A DNA stretch of 63,885 bases, counting the filler, from Candidatus Fermentibacterota bacterium (GTDB lineage: Bacteria > JAFGKV01), in the NCBI GenBank assembly GCA_016928395.1. It is 9 parts of 9 records of this genome, joined end to end, with 100 filler letters (N's around TTAATTAATTAA, not from the genome) between each part and the next. Parts side by side here need not be neighbours in the genome. Positions count along the whole stretch, not along the records: positions 52,138 to 61,254 come from JAFGKV010000055.1; positions 61,355 to 63,885 come from JAFGKV010000073.1; 7 more parts are not named here. One strand, given 5' to 3'. Shown here in pieces: positions 58,874 through 63,885 of this stretch. Within the stretch, counting starts at the first letter, position 1; each line of letters starts with the position of its first letter. The position numbers and the translations under genes are program-made. A model generated the notes under the pieces. It ran no database searches. It was given only the letters and a program-made list of their open reading frames with translations, and was not told where the DNA came from.

Positions 58874-59871
58874 GAACCCCCTCCCTTCGGCCCGCGTTCC
58901 TTCTCCCGGCGCATCTGTTCCGCGGCGATGCCCGTGACTCGCACAAACACGTCTTCCAGGGAAGGACGAATGGCCTTTGCTTCGGTGACATCAACTCCGC
59001 GATCTTCGAAGAATCGGACCACCGGCGCCAGAGCCAGGGTCTCGCGAGTATGGGCGCGAAGTGCAGCGCCTCCGGCGGATTCAAACTCGACGCCGGGGAA
59101 AGCCTCGCGCAGCGGTCCCATAAACTCCATCAGGACTTGAGGCCCCAAGCCTTCCAAAGCCCGGCTCAGCGCCAACTCGATCACCCGTTGCCCCTGCACG
59201 TCTCGGATGAGGTGTGCCAGGGTGTCCACCTGGGCCAGCTTCCCTCCGACGATAAAGGCGATACGGTCGCAGAGTCGCTCCGCCTCCTCGATGTAGTGGG
59301 TAGTAAGAAAGACCGTCGTCCCCGCCTTGTTCAGGCCGGAGAGCAACTGCCGGATCTGTCGAGCGCTGGCCACATCGATGCCGGTCGTCGGTTCGTCAAG
59401 GAAGAGAATCTGCGGGCGGTGGATGAGACCGGCGGCAATGGTGAGTTTCCGCTTCATTCCGCGGGAGTAGCCGGCGAACTTGCGGTGCGCCGCATCAGCC
59501 AGGCCGAATGTATCCAGCAGCTCGCGGGCACGGGCCGCGCGCTCATGCCCGCGCATACCGTAGAGAGCCCCGCAGAAGCAGAGGTTGTCAAAGCCGCTGA
59601 GTTCGGGCCAGAGATTGCTCTCATCGGGTACGACCCCCATGAGATGCTGGGCTTTCTTGACGTCAGACGTGTACTCCCGACCCAGAAACCTGATGGTCCC
59701 CGCATCGGGCCGGGCCAGGCCGGTGAGCATGTTGATGGTCGTTGTCTTCCCCGCACCATTGGGACCGAGGAAGCCGAACACCTCGCCCTCCCGCACATCG
59801 AAATCAACACCTGCAACGGCCTCGATGTCACCGAAGCGCTTGACGAGACCGCGCGCCTCAATGGCGACCAT
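58870..59871 (-). CDS. ABC-2 type exporter ATP-binding protein
   Basis: GPNGAGKT, YSRGM, LFLDEPT, TTH, SLEDVF. Confidence 0.95.
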   Translation of the reverse strand: MVAIEARGLVKRFGDIEAVAGVDFDVREGEVFGFLGPNGAGKTTTINMLTGLARPDAGTIRFLGREYTSDVKKAQHLMGVVPDESNLWPELSGFDNLCFCGALYGMRGHERAARARELLDTFGLADAAHRKFAGYSRGMKRKLTIAAGLIHRPQILFLDEPTTGIDVASARQIRQLLSGLNKAGTTVFLTTHYIEEAERLCDRIAFIVGGKLAQVDTLAHLIRDVQGQRVIELALSRALEGLGPQVLMEFMGPLREAFPGVEFESAGGAALRAHTRETLALAPVVRFFEDRGVDVTEAKAIRPSLEDVFVRVTGIAAEQMRREKERGPKGGGS

Positions 59872-59890
59872 GTCGCCCGGCGCCTCCCGA

Positions 59891-60175
59891 TCAACCCGCA
59901 GCATGTCTCTCCCGGGACAGCCTGTGGGTCACCACCCCATGCGGACAGGTGACGTCGAAGCCGTCCTTCGTCTCCCACTCCATCTTGTCGGTCAGCGCCA
60001 GGGCCAGCTTCATGGCAGCGATGGCCCCCACTGCCTGAAAGCACATGCTCTTGCCTTCAGGCGTACGCGGGCCCAGCATGAAAACCTCGCCGCGCACGGT
60101 CTTGGCCAGTCCCAGGCAGATGCCTGACTCGGTCTTCACGTGAATGGCCTCACAGCGAATCTGGTTGTAGGTCAT
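59891..60175 (-). CDS. Small Cys-containing protein, TIGR04076-like
   Basis: C...G..F.....P..MC..A...CP pattern; GGAGGAG SD. Confidence 0.6.
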   Translation of the reverse strand: MTYNQIRCEAIHVKTESGICLGLAKTVRGEVFMLGPRTPEGKSMCFQAVGAIAAMKLALALTDKMEWETKDGFDVTCPHGVVTHRLSRERHAAG

Positions 60176-60199
60176 GGCCCGCCTACGCTCCTCCCCTGC

Positions 60200-60358
60200 T
60201 CACGCGTAGCCTTCGTGGCTCACCTGCCGGCCCATGCACGGATGGTGCTGGGCAGTGCCGTGGCATTTCTCGATCTGCTCGGGGGCACACTCCTCAGGCG
60301 TGTCTTTCAGGTTCTCTGGCTTCTGGCAGCCCTGGTTCTTCTCGTTACAGCAGCACAT
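60200..60358 (-). CDS. 52-aa Cys/His-rich peptide, metallothionein-like (below the ORF-track cutoff)
   Basis: AAAGGAG SD then MCCCNEKNQGCQKPENLKDTPEECAPEQIEKCHGTAQHHPCMGRQVSHEGYA*. Confidence 0.75.
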   Translation of the reverse strand: MCCCNEKNQGCQKPENLKDTPEECAPEQIEKCHGTAQHHPCMGRQVSHEGYA

Positions 60359-60669
60359 GGGAGTGCTCCTTTCGTGTCCGCGCCGGCCTCCGGTGAGTCC
60401 AGCAGCTCATCAATCACCTCTCGCCATGCGGCGAGAGTCTCCTGGTTCAGGCGATAGTGCGTGAAGTAGCCGTGCTTCTCATCAACGACCAGCCCGGCGT
60501 CGCGCATGATGCGTAGGTGTTGCGACACCGCGCCCTGCGTCACGCCAAGCCGGGCGGCCAGCGCGTTCACGCAGAGCGGTCGCTCCTTGAGGAGCTGCAC
60601 GATCCGGACTCGCGCGTCGGCCGACAGCACCTTCATCAGTCTCGCGAGGTCTCTTGCAGTATTCACCAT
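60307..60669 (-). CDS. ArsR/SmtB family transcriptional regulator
   Basis: KVLS...RVRIVQLL..PLCVNALA..LGVTQ.AVSQHLRI.RDAGLV. Confidence 0.93.
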   Translation of the reverse strand: MVNTARDLARLMKVLSADARVRIVQLLKERPLCVNALAARLGVTQGAVSQHLRIMRDAGLVVDEKHGYFTHYRLNQETLAAWREVIDELLDSPEAGADTKGALPCAAVTRRTRAARSQRT

Positions 60670-60670
60670 T

Positions 60671-60714
60671 TTAGTCTCCGCTAATATACTATCATACCCG
60701 CGGGTGGAAGTCAA
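60671..60714 (-). promoter_or_regulatory. ArsR operon promoter with overlapping operator
   Basis: On the minus strand TTGACT-17nt-TAGTAT, then TTAG-N6-CTAA IR (60671-60684) directly before the ATG. Confidence 0.75.
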
Positions 60715-60911
60715 GGGGAGATTCGGCGAGACTCCAGTCGACGGTTCCCGGCTTCCCTCGGCGCGAGCGGACGAACGCAGTAAGCCTCAGCATGGAAACA
60801 AGCAGTGGCGCTTCGCAATCGGGCCGGTGGTGCCCGATGAGGCGGGCCTTCTGCCCGGAGTATGACGAATGCGTGTTCGGTGGAGCGACGACGGAATACG
60901 GGACGCGTCAT

Positions 60912-60931
60912 ATATAGGACATGTCCTATAT
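60912..60931. promoter_or_regulatory. Perfect 20-bp palindrome upstream of the integrase
   Basis: ATATAGGACATGTCCTATAT. Confidence 0.6.
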
Positions 60932-61085
60932 TATCGTCGTTCTGCGCGCTCGCGGGCCGATCTTCATCCCGCAGGAAGGTTGTGCGGCAGGTTGCGACTC
61001 CACAGCCCGCCTGCTTGACGCGCACCCGCCAGGCGGCTTCTTCTCGGCTGTCTCAACCGAGAATCACCTTCACCGTGGGGCAGTG

Positions 61086-61254
61086 ATGGACGCAACGGAA
61101 CATCGCGCACCTGTCTCCCGCTCGCGGGGAATCGCATCGCTACCCGCCCGCACCATACCGGAGTCGGTCGCCCCTGCGTCGAGTCCCCGCAGCATGAAGT
61201 CCAAGCTCCTCACTCAGATGCGGGAAGCAATGCGGGCCCGGCACTACAGCCCCC
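61086..61254 (+). CDS. intI: Integron integrase-like tyrosine recombinase, N-terminus only (cut by contig end)
   Basis: KSKLLTQMREAMRARHYSP matches the IntI N-terminal pattern KLL..R...R.RHYS; start at 61086 or 61194. Confidence 0.7.
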
Positions 61255-61354
61255 NNNNNNNNNNNNNNNNNNNNNNNNNNNNNNNNNNNNNNNNNNNNTT
61301 AATTAATTAANNNNNNNNNNNNNNNNNNNNNNNNNNNNNNNNNNNNNNNNNNNN

Positions 61355-62152
61355 ATGATGCCAGACGGCGAGACGATTCGCGATGCGGGATATCAGGCGT
61401 TTCTCGCGTCAATCCTCAGCGATCGGGAGCAATTCTTCAGTGACGTGGTAGGGGACAGAGGATTGTCACGCAAGCTCCGGTACGCCATGCTCACGATCCT
61501 GACCCTCTCGGCCTTCTACGGCGCCGTAGCCGGCAGTTACGCCGGCGCGCTCCAGGCCCTGAGCGCGGCGGTAAAGCTGCCCTTCCTCTTTGTCACGACA
61601 TTCGTCATCTGTTTCCCCGCCCTCTTCGTGGTGCAAATCCTCGTGGGATCGAAGCTGAAGCTGCTCCAAGTCGTCATACTCGTGGCCGGGGCCCTGGCGT
61701 TGACCACCGTGCTTCTGGCGGCCTTCGTGCCCATCGTGGCGTTCTTCCTGGTCACCGGCGCCAACTACTACTTCCTGGAGCTGCTGCACCTTTTGATCGT
61801 CTTGGTCTGCGGATCCCTGGGCATGTATGCCCTGCACGAGGGGCTCTCCTATGTCTGCGAGAAGCATGGCATCTATCCGCGAAAGGCATTGACGATTCTG
61901 CGGGTTTGGGTTGTCCTGTTTGCGTTCGTCGGCGTGCAGATGTCCTGGAACCTCAGGCCGTTTCTCGGGGATCGGAACGAGCCATTCCAGGTCTTCAGGC
62001 ATTATGAAGGCAACTTCTACACCGCCGTGGTCTATTCGTTCAACAAGCTTCTAAAGGGGGAGGGGCAATCGAAGGGGCACGATTCCCTGAGTGATGACTT
62101 CAGAGGAGCCGACATGGATACACTGATGTGGAATCGAGCGCTGGGGAAATGA
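61355..62152 (+). CDS. Conserved multi-pass membrane protein (may be 5'-incomplete)
   Basis: SAAVKLP.LF..T..IC.P, VG.Q..W.LRPF, EGNFY. Confidence 0.65.
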   Translation: MMPDGETIRDAGYQAFLASILSDREQFFSDVVGDRGLSRKLRYAMLTILTLSAFYGAVAGSYAGALQALSAAVKLPFLFVTTFVICFPALFVVQILVGSKLKLLQVVILVAGALALTTVLLAAFVPIVAFFLVTGANYYFLELLHLLIVLVCGSLGMYALHEGLSYVCEKHGIYPRKALTILRVWVVLFAFVGVQMSWNLRPFLGDRNEPFQVFRHYEGNFYTAVVYSFNKLLKGEGQSKGHDSLSDDFRGADMDTLMWNRALGK

Positions 62153-62409
62153 TTCTCCAGGAAGGCCATGGCCTCAACGAGATCATGACCATCGAGGAGG
62201 TCGCTTCCTACTTGCGCCTGAAACCACAGACCATCTACAAGTGGGCGCAGGAGAAGCGCATCCCCGCGGCGAAGTTAGGCAAGGAGTGGCGGTTCCGCCG
62301 CAGCGTCATCGACCTGTGGCTCGATGAGCAGATGTTTGGTCAGGACTCTCAGTTCACCCATCTGCGGGAGAAGCGAACCGCACCACTCCGACCGGAGGGG
62401 AGATCATGA
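62149..62409 (+). CDS. Excisionase-family (HTH_17) DNA-binding protein
   Basis: IMTIEEVASYLRL...TIYKWAQE.RIPA.K.G.EWRF; ATGA overlap. Confidence 0.88.
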   Translation: MILQEGHGLNEIMTIEEVASYLRLKPQTIYKWAQEKRIPAAKLGKEWRFRRSVIDLWLDEQMFGQDSQFTHLREKRTAPLRPEGRS

Positions 62410-62783
62410 CCCCATTCGACAGCTTCATCACCTTTGGCGCGACGACCGATCTTGCGGCGACCTCGGCATTCTACGGCGAGGTGCTCGGCCTCCCGCTGGT
62501 GCTCGACCAGGGACGATGCCGGATCTGGCGAGCCGCCCGGGCGGGATATGTCGGGTTCTGCCTACGCGATTCGGTGAGCACCCAAGGGGTCATCCTGACC
62601 CTGGTGAGTGACGATGTCGATGGGTGGCACCGGAGACTCGTCGACCATGGAGTGCCCATCGAGAAGGCGCCGGCACTCAACCCGGAATACGGGATCTACC
62701 ACCTGTTCTGCCGGGATCCCAACGGCTACCTGGTAGAGATCCAGCGGTTCGAGGATCCGAACTGGAGAGGATCCGGGATCTGA
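62406..62783 (+). CDS. VOC/glyoxalase family protein
   Basis: DL.....FY.EVLGL, DDVD, F.RDPNGYLVEIQ. Confidence 0.88.
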   Translation: MTPFDSFITFGATTDLAATSAFYGEVLGLPLVLDQGRCRIWRAARAGYVGFCLRDSVSTQGVILTLVSDDVDGWHRRLVDHGVPIEKAPALNPEYGIYHLFCRDPNGYLVEIQRFEDPNWRGSGI

Positions 62784-62913
62784 GACCCTTCCCGGCTACT
62801 CCAGAGGCCCCGGTACTTCCCCGGCTCCCTCGTTCGGCGTCTGTGAAAGGGAAGTAACCCTACGAGAATCTCGTGAGCCGACGCAGGGCGTCTCGATGAA
62901 CGGGTCGAAGCCA

Positions 62914-63885
62914 TCAGCAACGGTCGTCGGCCAGGATCTCCTTGGCCAGTCCATCCAGGGTCAGGGTCCTGCATTGTTCCTCGATGCTCTCCAGTTCTCT
63001 CTTTGAGAGTCTCGCAGACACCCGGGGAAGTCTCTCGGTTGCGTACTGCTTCGTCCTCTGCCCCGCGGCCGGGTGCGTGGCGAGCATGCGGAAGATCCTG
63101 ACACATGCCGCATCCTCCCCGAGCGCATCGAGGAGCTTCCCGTAACCTTCGCAGGCCTCAAGCATGAGCCTGTCGACCTTGATATCCAGGGCTAGCAGAA
63201 GGGCCTCACGCAGGGCCTCACGCCCCTTCCGCCGATCTCCGAGTTCAAGGCATGCCGCGCCCAACGTACTAAGGGTGTCCGCCAGGCCCCAGCGCTCACC
63301 GATGTCCCTGAAGAGCTGTTCACTCTCTCTGTAGCACCGCTGGGCATCTTCCACTTGATGACGGGCCTGAAGTACCCTGCCCAGCGCAGTCAGAGTGAGG
63401 CCCTGGCCTCTCCTCTCGCCCGTCCGACGGTGGATCGCCAGGCTCTCGCGGTGGAGCCTCTCGGCTTCCTCAAAATCATCTTGCTCGAACGCCACAACCC
63501 CCATCTGGTACAGTGCATGCGCCATCCCATGATCGGTGCCGATCTCCCTGGCAACCTGCAGGCTCTCGCGGTAGAGCTCTTGTGCCTCGGAGTACTTGCC
63601 CAGCATCAAGGCCACATTACCCAGGTTGCCGAGCGCGGTACGCAGACTCGGCTTGTAGCCGGTAGTCCTGTTCAACTCGACGGCCTGACGGTAGGACTCA
63701 AAGGCCGCGTCCAAGTGCCCCAGGCAGTATGCATCATTGCCAAGGTTGTTCAGCACTACGGCAACCATGTGTGTATTCCCAATGGTTTGTGCGCGTTCGA
63801 GACAACGCTGATGAAGCGACTGTGCGCGAGCATAGTCTCCCCGATACATCGCTGTGGTGCCGAGGATATCCAGAGCCCTTGACTC
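62914..63885 (-). CDS. TPR-repeat protein, C-terminal part (frame open to the window end)
   Basis: Repeated LNNLG/LGNLG...A...Y.ESL...R.IG units. Confidence 0.85.
   Translation of the reverse strand, partial: ESRALDILGTTAMYRGDYARAQSLHQRCLERAQTIGNTHMVAVVLNNLGNDAYCLGHLDAAFESYRQAVELNRTTGYKPSLRTALGNLGNVALMLGKYSEAQELYRESLQVAREIGTDHGMAHALYQMGVVAFEQDDFEEAERLHRESLAIHRRTGERRGQGLTLTALGRVLQARHQVEDAQRCYRESEQLFRDIGERWGLADTLSTLGAACLELGDRRKGREALREALLLALDIKVDRLMLEACEGYGKLLDALGEDAACVRIFRMLATHPAAGQRTKQYATERLPRVSARLSKRELESIEEQCRTLTLDGLAKEILADDRC

Noticed and set aside
61086-62409. Integrase plus excisionase as one integrative element
   Set aside because: They are separated by an artificial contig linker, so the adjacency is not real.

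Overview
This GC-rich bacterial window is not one locus. It is nine contigs joined by eight artificial 100-nt linkers (N44-TTAATTAATTAA-N44), so adjacency across a linker means nothing. Several secreted proteins end in FlgD/Por-type C-terminal domains, which suggests an FCB-superphylum lineage (inference). Contig 1 carries a dienelactone hydrolase, a cyclase-ATPase-TPR protein and pgk-tpiA-secG-tRNA-Leu(GAG)-clpP-ackA'. Contig 2 carries a REP cluster and a long minus-strand run: GT9, acyltransferase, B12 radical SAM, GT2-phosphoglycosyltransferase fusion, acyl-AMP ligase-chorismate mutase fusion, DAHP synthase, a receiver-DnaA AAA+ fusion and a cNMP-sensing kinase. Contig 3 is a plasticity zone with a RAYT-type HUH transposase bounded by 27-bp inverted repeats, several toxin-antitoxin modules and remnants, and secreted proteins. 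Contigs 4-9 hold G/S/T-rich repeat fibre proteins, an L,D-transpeptidase, sixA, a small basic AT-hook protein, transporters, an ArsR operon with an unannotated Cys/His-rich peptide, the 5' end of an integron integrase, and ends of two multicopy IS elements. The best candidates for undescribed biology are (1) the phosphorylatable DnaA-like ATPase with no arginine finger and no DNA-binding domain, paired with a cNMP-binding kinase; (2) the envelope/shikimate operon containing several catalytically degenerate domains; (3) the TIR-flanked RAYT, whose end motif marks gene truncations; and (4) the metallothionein-like peptide.
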